Below are positions 36,438 through 49,868 of a DNA stretch of 64,000 nucleotides, in pieces (positions within the stretch are counted from its first letter, which is position 1; the number at the start of each line of letters is the position of its first letter). The translations under genes were made by a program, and so were the position numbers. The stretch lies in assembly GCA_035221665.1 (NCBI GenBank), contig CM069133.1, positions 7,440,001 to 7,504,000 of the forward strand, read 5' to 3'. A model generated the notes under the pieces. That model was not told the origin of the DNA. It worked only from the letters and a program-made list of their open reading frames with translations, and made no database searches. The DNA comes from Okamejei kenojei (Eukaryota).

Positions 36438-36987
36438 TTATCATTTAGGACATCAGAACATTTATCCTCTAGCCGATTGGTTGAGAGAGGCTCATCACGT
36501 GATGTTTGCAAAATTACGTTGTTTCAGCGCTATTGTCAGACCATGTGGGCAATTGTTGGAGCAATCCCAACGATTTACTGATTTGCAAATATGACATCAC
36601 TTTTATGATCGACATTTTGCCTAATAGGTATGTTGCTTTTGTGGGATAAGAAGTGATATCGCAGCTACGTCGTGCATGTCAGGGAAACTCATCTGCGCGC
36701 TGCCGAAGATTTAAGGTAATGCAATTCATTCTTGTTTTTCTTCTTTTGGTTTAAATGGTTGATCCCAACAATTACCTAAAATACAATATTCCTTGGCCTT
36801 CATTTCTGAGTTTCTGGGTTAAAACAGATGTCGGCCCTACCGGTTGCAATACCAAATAGTGACTATTCGCTATTCAGGGCTGCGCCCTCAGTGTAATATG
36901 TACATTATTTTGGATGGCACCATCATGCCTCCAATAGTGCTTACAGACACTCTCTCAAGGTACCAAGTACGATTTTGTCAGAATTAT
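36438..36987. mobile_element. Unclassified non-satellite insertion with a degenerate hairpin
   Basis: Composition differs from the flanking satellite. Imperfect inverted repeat around AGGGCTGCGCCCT (~36876-36888); GATTGG near the left end. Confidence 0.45.
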
Positions 36988-37981
36988 AGTGTGTTTATGT
37001 GATAATTCTGTATCCTAGTGTTATTCGCACTTATTATAGGTTTGTATTGTATCATGGTGTCCCCATACTACTACTGTAGATTATAGTGTATTTAGTTGTT
37101 ATTATTACTATTGTTAATGTGAGAACACATTACAGTATATTATTACCTTAAACTACTCTATCATCTACAGTCGGTATAAACACTGTAAACATACAACACA
37201 ACAATACAAAAAACACAATTCACAACACTCCCTGTATATATATATACTACAACACTATAATAACACAGTACACTATATATTCCGCGCGTCAGAGTGTATT
37301 TTCGACGGTCGAGTATATGTATTATCAAGATTGGTCATTACTAGTTATATATTGCAATGCGTTAGAACGTGGTATAGTAGTATAGTGCAATGTATATTAT
37401 AATGTGTTGGAGTTATGTGTTGCAGTGCAATCTGAGATAGTGTTGGTAACGTGCGTATTGTACTCTTTTGTTACAGTGTTATAATGTATTAGTTAGTGTA
37501 TTATTGTGTTTTGTTAGTACGGTGTGTTATTGCGTGTAAACTGTATTATATAAGAGTGTTATAGAGTGTAGTGTGATGTTATTGACTTTCCAGTGTATTA
37601 ATGGGTATATATGGTCGTGTAAATATGTCATAGTGCTTCTAGTGTCAATAGAACATCCTCGTGTTATTGTTAAGAGTGCTTACTGGTGTATTATAGTGCA
37701 GTTACAGTTTTGATAGTGAGCCTTTTGTATTGTTTTATAGTGTCGCTATACTATGTAGATGATAGTGTATATAGTTGTGAATATATATTATTATAGGTGT
37801 AATGTGTCACATATCACTAAATACACTATCACTTCTACATGGCATAAACTACTATAAATACAATACACTATTAAATACTATGTATTAATTTTATTGTGTT
37901 AGACTGTGTATAACCATAACAACATTCGTGTTAAGTGTGTAGTATAATAATATGTTATAGTGTGTGTAAAAAAAATTAGTG

Positions 37982-40900
37982 TATTTTACTTCGGAGTCAC
38001 CGGTCGTGAGTGAGCTTCTTGTGAAGACCCCGCCAGGACGCATTGACAATGCGCGACACATATCGGATCAACGCATTGTCTCGGTAAGCGCAGATCGGGT
38101 AGGAGAGCGACGCTCCAATCGCAGGCGCGAGTTTTGAAAAATCTACGGAAGGTAAGTCTTACCTCGTTTCCTGTGAGCGAAGTAGCGACTGTACGGTCGG
38201 GGTGTTCTTATTCAGGAACGGGAGGAAGCACCATGGAGTTGTCGCGCAAGGGAGTATAGCATCACAAGGCTGATACCGCTGCTGTGGTAGCAGCCAGCAA
38301 GATAGTGCGGGCGGAACCCTTGCAAAGGGTGCCACGTCTCCAGAGCTGCAGTGCTCGTGCGCAGCCAGCTGCCCGGAGCTTCTCGCGCAACACCGCTAAA
38401 AAGGACCGCACAGGTGCGAGCCCGCGGTGGTGGCGTGGCCACCAAGTGAAACTCCAACCCAAGGAGAAGTCGGACAGGTCCGTCTGACCGAATCGGCTGG
38501 GTCCGGTCCTGACAAATACACCCCGTTCACGTGATAGGGAAGGAGGGCGTCTGGGCGTACTCTTTCCCGCGGGAACAGATGGGGAGCACGTGCTCCAGCG
38601 CTGACCTGCTTCATGCAGGGGCGGGTCAGTCTCACAGTGGGTCCTCACACATGCGGAGAACCACATCGCGCAGACCCACGGCATCCTTTTCCAAGGATGC
38701 TCCAAATGTGTCTCACCCTCTTATTCGAACGCAAAGGGAGGATTATGGGTCCAGAGCTGGGCTGAACTCCCTGAAGAAGGGGCAATGGCTGAACAGTCAG
38801 CTTGTGTAGGGGTGCCAGACCTGAGAGAGCAGCAGAAAGATTTGTGCGGAAAACATGACTGTATCAACTCAAGAAGGACTCTGCCATACTATACTCAAAG
38901 CTGCAGAAGCCATAGTACAAATAGATACATTGGCTACCAATAATCAGCTACAGAGGAGACAGAGCCATTAGTACAACTCTTTATGGCTCGGTACAGTACA
39001 CATTTGCTCCAGGAGAACTTCCATTTCTCTTACAGTACCGTACCAACATGATACTCGACTTTTTTCACCCAAAATGATATATATATAAGGCCCCCGCACT
39101 GGTGGTATCACAATGTATGTGTACCGTACTTGACCAACTGGTGCTCATCTGAGCAGTAGGCCTAAATGTCCGACATGAAACGCTCGAGCCCAGCATTTTT
39201 CTAGATAACTTTAATTGCGCAGTGGCTATTCTTAAACAGAATAATTTTTGTTGCAACTCATACTCCCTGCCACCACAACTTGCGTGATATTAGTTGCTCC
39301 CCCAACCTTTAGCCCGGCTCAGTCTCAGTTCTGTAACTACCTAGGGATATACGATTGAGGGTGATGGGTAGGATAAATATCTTGAATTTCATGTCCTCCA
39401 CCAGGTTTAATTCTGATTTACTTTCCCCTGGTAGTTGCATAGTCCTATTGAAATGCGGATCTGCATGTTGATATTTATTTTGAGAGCTGAAAACTTTCCC
39501 TCTTCTAAGGTTTTAATAAAGGAGTCGGTCCAGATATTGTGCTGCTGGGAACGCAGCAACACCAATTTTCCCAATGTCACTCTTCTTGTATCGGGCCGAA
39601 TTGATATACTGGTTCCCCTGATAAGGGCTTTGCATCGACTGCAATACCCAACGATCAAGTCTCGACTGTTCGCGGTTGTTTGGTGGCAAGGTGATAGACA
39701 TATCGAACAGAGTCAATAGTGAACCCAAAAATAATCCATGGTTGGTAGTGGAGGGTTCCAATTTCTGACTTATCTGGATGTACGTTTAATATCTCTGTGT
39801 GTGGCGATGATACCACCATATGTAGCCAGCTCCAATTTTCCAACCCTACAATGAGAATTCATCAAGGTAAGCATGACTCCGATTATGGTTATGTTTCGTT
39901 AAGTAAGGGGCATGCGCTAAGGCTGGTTTTAATGAATTTGTAATAACCTGGGGCAGATGTACTAACCCATGGATAAGGCATACTGGCATAGCTGTCCATC
40001 CAGATAAATTTCAGGTATTTACGATGACCCTGTGTGTGACAAACGTGTCTATTTTGATGAAATGGGCATACTGAACTGGAAGTATTTAGTTCGGTCAAAT
40101 CTGTAATGATACGGCAACCACTCCATCTTTGATAGTTTTGTTATAACTCATTATTTGATACAGAACTCTTGGGGAAATTCTCTGATTGTTTTACATCAAT
40201 CCCTTTTGTGTTTAGTCTTAACAGTTCAGCATGGCCTGCTGTTCTCTCTGTTTGTGAAGTATGAATACTTCCTGCTATGCGTAATGCTGAATAACTGGGA
40301 AACATGTGTGGAAGTTCGTATACAAAATTCAATTTTGTAATTCTGAATACTTTCCGAGATATGTAAAAGTTCAGAGGTAAAAGTTGCAGCACACATGATG
40401 ATAACAAGTGGCAACCGTCCCCCACGCAGTTTTGATGACATTCGGAACATGCAATGTTTTTTAAGACAACCAGACCCACTACCTACCTCCATGGTTACGG
40501 TGTTGTGTGGGTTGTCTCCGCAACTTGTTTCTATCTGGGTATTGTTCAGGTTGCTGCATTGTGGGGTTTGGCACATGTTTCCATTGAAGGCGCGGGCTGT
40601 GGCCATGGTATGAAAAGACCGCTGTGCAGGTGGGCCGGCCTTCGAGCTTTCACCACCAGATTTGGTCTTCCATAGCACCGAGGTCTGTGGTGGGTGTGTG
40701 GGGGGTGCTGCCGCTGTTGATAGTGGTGTTAGAGGTGCTTGCACCTGATCAGGCCTATAGCCTTGGCTGTCCTCATGCAGGTCTTTCACCTGCTTCAGGG
40801 AGGTCCCCCAACAGCAATTTTGGCGCCTGTGTGCGAGCTTGACTTGCATAATTCCGCACTTCTTGATGATCTCGTCTTCCTGTAACTGTTAATCTCCACT

Positions 40901-43900
40901 GAGTATACACAGTCTGCTAGAGCATCTAGTAACTCTTCAGGCAAATTCAACCCCATCAGTTGTCCTGGTACTGCTGTGATTTGTTTTGATATGCTTTTTC
41001 CCCTTCTGCCTCATCAGGCCGAGTCTTACAATAATTTTTAAAACAAGACGCGCAACGGGTACCATGGTTCCCAACAGTACAAAGATGGTCTCAGAACCCT
41101 GCATCTGGATCAACAACGGCCAAGGAAAGTGCGGGAAAGTATCCGTGCCATGACTGTTGAACTTGTTGATCTGCAGTTTCTGAACAGGCCATTTCTGGAT
41201 AAGATACGGACTCTCCGACAGGACGATCAATGCCATCTCAGCGTCGTGCAGGGAGTCCACGAGAAGACAGTACCTGACATATTGTCAGGAAATGGGAAGT
41301 GTTCAGCACCAGGACGAACACTTACATATGACTCAGCCACCAACACTGAAGTGCTGGAGTTCTGGCCACCCTTCATTTCGATGAAAGATTGAGTTACAGT
41401 GCCATTATTGTGCAAGGAGTGACCTATCTATATATCTGGGCAGAGGGGAGTGATCACTGGCTATAGGATCACACCCACTAGTACCTAAACGAATGAGGGG
41501 TATTTGTACTCTATTCCCCCCAGCCAGATTCACCTTATATATGGGACATAGGTAGTACAACCATGTTACGAGGATGGACCACCAAATCGGGGCTCACTCT
41601 GGACAAACTAATATCCTAGATGGGAATGAATATTGGGCACTCTTGGATTCAGCACAACGTGTCCAGTCCTTACACAAGCTAGAATAGTAAGATTAAACGA
41701 GAACTTACCAGTTTCGAAGTTTGATCGTTATTTTATGAGGAGTTACGATGAGGATTACGTGAAGAACCCGCCTCACGCTGGCAAACGGCATACTTCAAAG
41801 CAGCGGCATGAAAAACAACAGAACACCAAATAGCCGAAGTAAAATAGTAAGCTTATAAAAGACTTAGAACTACCAGATTGATCATTTATTTTATGAGGGT
41901 GGGGAGTGGAGGGCACGTAATCCTCATCGTAAATCTCCCTCATAAAATATCGATCAAACTTCGAACTGGTAAACGTTCTCGTTAATCTTACTATTTTACT
42001 TCGGAGTCACGTGAGTGCGCTACGTGAAGATTTTAAAGCTTTCTGTGTTTTTTATGTCGTAGTATTTAATCAGTACGACAGTCCGCTAAGTAAAATACAT
42101 ACATGAGAAACCAGACTTAATATATTCCAAGTTCTTTCCATAATTAACTTTTTAATGGTTTAAAGAACATATAATATAACCCTCCTTATATCCGAGGGAA
42201 TGATTACAAGTGTGATAAAAGATATAAGTGACTACATAACTGGTTATAGTAAATCAATAGTATACAAAGCAGGTGATTATGATTGATCCCAACACCGCGT
42301 GGGCCAAAGCTTTGTCATAGTGTGAACAGGTTTATTGTAGAACTTTGAAAAAGTTTTCTTCTTTACTCCACCCGGGCCGGCAATTTTTTAAATATGCTCG
42401 AGTGGTACGTCCCGAACACACCTTCGCCGCGGACGTAGCTGCAGCCCTGGTGAGTGAGATTTGAACACATCAGTGTCTACTCGCCCCCCGGTAAAGCAAC
42501 ACCTGTTGCTCAAAACCATTTTGAGATAGTTTGAACTGAAGCTTTGTGTGTGGCTTTTTATGCGTAATCATTAACGTTTTTTCATTTCCTCGAAGAGTTT
42601 CATGTAACTTTAACATATTGATTCAAATGTTTAACCACACACAAAGTAGATCAATAGGATAAGCTTGAAAGGTTACCTTAAGCTCCAGATCTCCTGGTCT
42701 GCTTTGTTTGATCAGATCGTAAACATAGATAACACTAGACATGTTTATCGGTAGTCACATGCATACAGTCTAAACGCAACATTTGTAAAGTTTGCACTCT
42801 TGAGCTGAAACCAATGACATTAACATTATTAATTTCAATGTTAACATTTCCAATGACAATCCTTCAAGTGGAGTCCATTGCCTAAGTAAGGTAAAGTACA
42901 ATGCTCACATCCCCAAATTCTCTGTGTACCTTGGTTTGGGGTGGATTGATGTTAAAGATCCTTTCATGAATCTAGATATTAATGGTTGTGATCCAATTGA
43001 TTTCTGGTCTACATTAGTCCTAAATAAGATGATAAGCACTGCGTGCAGTGTTAATGGCACTGTAACTTAAATGTTGTCAAAATGCAATTTGGCAAGGAAC
43101 TCCAAAACATTTGCAATATTCACAGTTATCATAAGAAATATTTGACTGTGTGCAAAATTCTTTCCCATTTTCTTTATATGTGTTCATATATTGTTTTTGT
43201 GTGCTCTCTCTCGCCATGATGTGACTATAACTTTCCATAGTTTTGTCCGACAATCCCAGTCCTGTAGTGTCTGGTCAAAACCTGCAGATTAATAAATTCA
43301 TATATGCATATAATGGATAAATTTCTTTAGTTACTGGATTAATCAAAAATATCACTACAGTTAGGAATTGACATATATGGTTCTTTAATCATATTCAGCA
43401 TTAAGGGAACCAAGGTTGTGTTGGCCAATTTGGAACTACCAACAATCCAGTGGCAGAATCTTGTTCTATTTTCTTCAGACATTTCTGAATCAAAGCAAAT
43501 GGTGGAAAAGCATAAAAGAACATATTCCCCAGTTCAATGAAAAAGCATCTACTGCTACTGCATCTGGATCGTGTTCCCAAGACACATATTTAGGCAATTG
43601 ATGATTAAGTTCCTTGATGCAAACAGATCAATTTCTGGTAATCCCCAAATTGGGTTACAATATTCTTAATATTGCTGGATTAAGCATCATCTGTGTTATC
43701 TTTAAATATCCTTGATGTTTTATCTGCCACCACATCTGTCTTTACCTGGGAATGTAATTTGGTGAAATCCAAATTTGGCGGCCAATACACCATTTGCCAT
43801 ATTTCATTGACCAGCCAATCACATGATACTGATCTAACTCCCCCCATGTGATTATATATGCAACCGCCGTTTTATTGTCTAACTGTATTAATACATGTAA

Positions 43901-46900
43901 CCCTTTTTTTGAACAACAATATGCTTTTAGTCCATAGAAAGCACCCAATAACTCTAAATAGTTAATACCATAAGTTTGAAGAAACATTTTCTCTTGAACT
44001 TTCCATCTACCTCCACAACTGGAGGATGAATCTGTTGCCCCCCATCCGAGAACTCTAGCATCTGTTTGTAAAACCATTTCAGGCTGTTTTAATCAGAATG
44101 TTTTTAGCAGCTTGTGGGACATTTTTAACCCACCATTGTAATTCCAACACAGCTTCTTTTGTTAATTGCATAGGCCTATCAAAGTGGCCCTGCTTTCTCT
44201 TTGAGAGCTCTTTATTTTGTCCCTTTGAAGATTTTGATAGTGTAATGGACCAAATCTACTGCAGGAAATGCTGCTACTAGTTTACCAATGGTTTTTGCTA
44301 CTTCTCGGATGGAAGGATAAGGTTTGTGAATGAATTATTACAGGTTACCAAAATATCATCAACTTTATATCTGTTGGTAAAGTTACTAACATAGTCACTG
44401 AATTAATTACAAACCCCAAAAAGTTAATTGATTGTGCTGGCTGCAGCTGGGACTTAATTGATGAATCAAGAACCCTAGCTTTTCAAACAAAGCTTTAGTA
44501 ACTGAAACTGAGTTCTCACCTGACTCTTGATTATCATTAATGATTAGAATGTCATCGAGATAAGCCATAACGATGTGTTTTTGTGCTCTTAATTGGCTAA
44601 AACTGGTTTCAACAGTTTCGTAAAGAGCCTGGGAGCTGAACTCAATCCATTTGGCAAAGCTTTAAACTGCCATAATTTCCCAGCCAATTAAATTTTAAGT
44701 ACCTCCGGAAACACTGATGTATAGGTACAGAATAATACGTCTTTTAAATCAATCTTAGCCATATAACAACCTGCTGAAATTAAATATCTTACAGTATTAA
44801 ATGTTTCCATTTTAAAAATGTTTGTATTCTACAAACTTTATTTAGATCTGTAAGGTCCAGAATAATTCTGCAACCACCATCTTTTTTATTTCTCTCCGAA
44901 AAATGTTAGAGACAAATTGATGCTCGTGTTCATAAGTTATTTTCCAGATAATTTTGTCAATTTCCACATTAATCTCTGCTTTATCAATAGCAGTAAACAC
45001 GAAAGCATAAGCAGGTTTATTCTGTACAGGCGGATTAACCCCTTCTTTAAATGTAATAGTGGCTCCTGAAAACTGCTTGTAATATAAATCGATCAGAAGT
45101 AATAGTAGCCAGTCTTTATAAAAACTTTTGTAATCTCCCTCCAACTGGAGATTTATCCGCAGTTTCTTTAAGGGGGGGTATAAAACAAGTCTTTAAATAC
45201 CTCTCCTTATGAGCGTGGTGGACTCCTTCTCCCTGAATATGGGTAAGCATTGGGCTGTGCAGGACGATAATACTTCCGTGACAAATTTCTGCCTCTATTT
45301 CCAAAGTCAAAACCCCTTCGGGGCGAAAATATCTTTTTTGTCCAAAGACAAAGGTTTCACACCGCTAAAATATTTAGCTTCTTCATCCAACTCTTTCAGT
45401 TGTTTAGGCAGAGTTTTCTCCAAACAGATACCCAGGAGCTTGAACACCACTTGCTCGACACAGGCTTGCAAATCTAGGGGTGAAATATGGGCCGAATCGC
45501 CAGTTCCTCATACAGTTAATTTCATAGAAAGAATTGCACAATAAGCCCAAAGTATCTTTTTTGAATCTTATCCATCTCCAATCTCTCCATTTGTCTCCCA
45601 TAGGCCGTAAACGGCAGCAGAAATTAGTTTGAGGGTTTTTTGAAATCTCACTTCTTGAGCTCTCATACTTGGAGTCATGGATGTCCATATCAACGGATTA
45701 ACCGTAGCACTTCCAATGAGGCACAATTTCCTGTGTCTTATATAATTCGGGGATGTTTCAATCATCACAGAATCTTGAAGTTGGTGAGACACCATATAAT
45801 TAATACTGGCAGCTAGGTTTTCTTCCATAGCCTCACCACTTCCTTCAGGTATAGCAAAATTATTTTGCTATCCCAGGCACATTTGGCCTTTTCTTTTTAC
45901 TTTGTGGTGTGCATTCAAAATCCAAATCACCACAGCAGGGTCTGCCTTCTGCAGCCCTAAATCAATTGGGATTTCACCCCATGAGGAGACTTCTTCCAGC
46001 CCAAATCCTGGGTCCGGATTTTCAAACTCCCAACTTGGCCCACAGCCATATTCAGAATAATCAAAACCCCCTCAGAGCTTTTTTGGGGGATCCTTCTGGT
46101 TCTGTGACCCTTGTCTCATGATTTTTTGGAGAACTTTCTCCCATATGCCTCCATTTTTAACCACATAGTTTTTAGTTTCTGGGAGGACTTTCAGTAATCA
46201 GAGTCATCAGAAAACCACGGGCCTCTCAGATTTCTTTTTACATTTTTTAGGAGCATTTCCCTCCGTGGTTATTATTGCTGGAGAATCTAGAAACTCGCTA
46301 TCGGGTATATCAGCGGCCACCGGTATCGGAACCGGATCCGCACTAGCTTCTTGACCCGTATTTTTTTTTCACCCCGGAAGATCTTTTTACCCCGCGAATT
46401 TCCTCTTTGCCGATTTCTCCATTTTCTTTATTATCAGTCAGGCTTAAACAGCACGTTTACGCGACTCTGAATTTTACTTTTACTTTCGCTTGCTGGGCCC
46501 ACCCAGCGTACGCTAAAAAACATCCCGACTTTGCTGCACTTACCTGCGGGCCGTTCCGACCGCTGCAAAGCAGCTGCTCCTTACTGCAGCTCCTCCTTCC
46601 GCCGTCAGCGTCGACGTAATGCCGTTTTTTTTTTTTTTTGCCAGCGTGAGGCGGGTTCTTCACGTAGTCACTCACGTGACTCCGAAGTAAAATAGGGACG
46701 TCATGTCTGTCACAAATGGCAGATAACCTGCTACAAACAGGGGTACTTAAACAAGACTGACCCGGTTCCTTTGGCCATATTAGGAGTTTTTGGCTGGACT
46801 TATCCTGCAGATAGTCGGCCCTGCATGGTGACACAATTTTTTCCAATATATAGTCACCAAGACACTTATGGGCACGGAGAGAGCTTTCTCATTAGCCATA

Positions 46901-47657
46901 AATGCCCTCACTAAGGTCACAGTGCAAAACCATATCCAATGGTTCGGGTGGTATTACGTGCAGTAGTGAATACTAATTTGTTTTCAAAAATCTCACTCAA
47001 CAGGGCTGCATCTACATCGGACGCTAGGATGATGGGAGTTCCTATGGACCACATCCTTGCCACAGCGGGGTGGAGCAATGAAACGCATTCAATGCTTTAT
47101 AATAAACCCGGGCCGATCCTGAGACGTTTTGCAGGGAAAAATTAAGTTCGGTAAAATAAATTACCCAATGTGGGGCATATTATTTTGGGTATGAATAATA
47201 CCTTTATTGTTTTTTTCAGCACAGTGTCGTGTGTGAAAATACGTTCATTCCTCCGTCCCAGAATGGCAGTGTGTGAGCATGGTCTCGTTCCAGGGCATGA
47301 AATCACAGAGCTTTGAAATCTTTACGTAGTCAACTCACTCACGTGACTCTGAAGTAAAATAGTAAGATTAAATGAGAACTTACCAGTTTGAAAGTTTGAT
47401 CTTTATTTTATGAGAGTTACGATGAGGGATTACGTGCCCTCCGCTCCCAAAACCCTCTATTATAAAGTTCAACTGGTATGGAAGTTCTCTCTTATCTTAC
47501 TATATTAGTCTACTCTGGTATCTGTGATTTCACACCACTGCTTTGAAGAATGTTGCGCATGCGTCCTGGCGGGGTCTTCACGTAATCCCTCATCGTAACT
47601 CCTCATAAAATAAAGATCAAACTTCAAACTGGTAAGTTCTCATTTAATCTTACTATT
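37982..47657 (+). mobile_element. DIRS1-type retrotransposon 2, with internal inversion (~38950-41055) and nested DIRS 3
   Basis: Left ITR TATTTTACTTCGGAGTCAC..GTGAAGACCCCGCCAGGACG; ICR ~47318-47440; right ITR ending ..TTTAATCTTACTATT at 47657. YR is split: AQRVQSLHKL at ~41652-41682, and RAASTS..GVPMDHILATAGWS at ~47000-47080. Confidence 0.85.
41683..46694 (-). mobile_element. DIRS1-type retrotransposon 3 (different subfamily), nested in the YR gene of DIRS 2
   Basis: Both ITRs (41683-~41805 and ~46620-46694) and the ICR (~41912-42030) are present. Remnants of RNase H (LQTDARVLGWGA..YLELLGAFYGLKAY), RT, MT and YR on the minus strand. Confidence 0.9.
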
Positions 47658-49868
47658 AGAATGTGTTATAATGTATTATATCATTTGATATATTATTATA
47701 TAGTACGTTATAATGTTAAAGTGTGTTTTTGTGTGATAGACTACATTAGTGTGTTATATTGTTTAGAGTGTGTTATGGTGTGTTATAAACACAGTTTAAC
47801 ACTTAATAACACAATACACAATAATACATTATAACACAATAACACACTATAACACTGGGATACATAACAATGCACTACAACATTGTACATTGCAATATAC
47901 TATAAAAAGCCCACTAAAAACCACTAAAATACACTAAACGCAATATAACACATTTTAACCGAATAACACACTATAAAACACTTTTAACACACTATAATAC
48001 ACCGTAACATACCATAACCCAGTCTAAACAGCACGATGACAATATAACAATATAATGCACTTTAGCACTTTCATACACTGCCACACCCTGTAATACACCA
48101 TAATAATATAATGCACTAAGGCACACTATAATACACAATTATGTTTATGATACTATACTATCCTATACACTGTGCACTATAGATGATACACTATTATAAA
48201 CATCTCACTGTACTAAATTTCACACAAATACAGGAAAATACAATATAACACATAATCTAAATACAATATAACACATGATACACAATAACACGCTATAATA
48301 CACGAGCACATACGATAATACACAAAATCAATACAACACAACATATACTGTAACACATTATAACGCACAAAACTAACAATAACACACTATAATAAACTAT
48401 AGTTAACTATATGGTATTTTATACTGTTTTATAGTATGTTACATTGTCTTATAGTGTTATAGTATTACAGCAGATTCTAGTGTGTTATAATGTATTATCG
48501 TACGATATCGTATTATAGTTAGTCTGATGTGGTGTGATTGTGTGTTATCCGGTATTATAGAGTCACTGTGTGCTATATGTATTATATCGTGTTGTATATT
48601 ATATAGTTTATAGCATTATATCCTACTACAATACCATATAAAACGATACTAACTTATGACACACAATACAAAACTCTAATTTACTATTAAACAATATAAT
48701 ACACCATTATACATTAAAAACATTATAACATTAACATTATCACATTCAAAATATAAACACATATAAAACATGACACATTATCACTATAATACATTCTAAT
48801 ATATTACATTATAAAATACTATAATACACTATAACACACTATACACACCACAACACGCTATATTATAATCTCAGTGTAATTTACTATAACACATAACACA
48901 CTATAATACATTATAACGTCTAGCACAATATAACAATATACTGTACCAAATTATATAACACTATCACACGTTATAATAGAATTTAACACATAATCGCAAT
49001 CTTTCATACACAATAATACATTATAACACTTTAACACACAATAGCACACTAAATACACTATAACAATCAGATACTTAATAATGCACTACGACATATAGCT
49101 ATAACACCTTATGAAATACCGTATAATACAGCATAACTGCAATGCACCATAACATTTATAACTATAACAATTTCAATATACTATAATAATTATGCACTAT
49201 AACGCAATATAACACATCGCAATACCCTAATACGCACTATAATACACTATAACACAATATAACTATATAACACTATATAACACTTTCACACTTTCATTCA
49301 CTGTAACACACTATAACAATACAATAATACATTTTTGCACATATCACACTAGAATCTGCTATAACTATATTGCAATGAAACACACTATGAATCAGTATGA
49401 CACTATATAGTGTTAGTGTTAGTGTGTTATGGTTTATTATAGTTTGTTATTGTATATTTGAGTATTATATTTAGTGTGGTAATAGTGTGTTATTCTATTA
49501 TAGACAGTATTTTTATAATGTGTTACATATTATAAAAAAATATGTTGTGTTCTATTGTTGTGTATTAATGTGTGATATAGTGTATTATAGCGTGTTATTG
49601 TGGTATCATAAGTGTTATCGTGTATAAATACAATAAAAAGTAATTTTGTACTATAATGGTCTTAGTGTTATATTGTAAAGTGTTATAGTGTATTATAGTA
49701 TTAGTATGTTATAGTATTATGTATTATAATGTATATAATAATGTGTTAGTTATATTATAAACTATATTATAATGTGTTTAAAGGATTATAGTTTTTTTTG
49801 TACGTAGTAGTGTGTAACATAGTTATTATGGATATATTGATCTCTCCGCTCAATCCTCTCTCTCCAAA

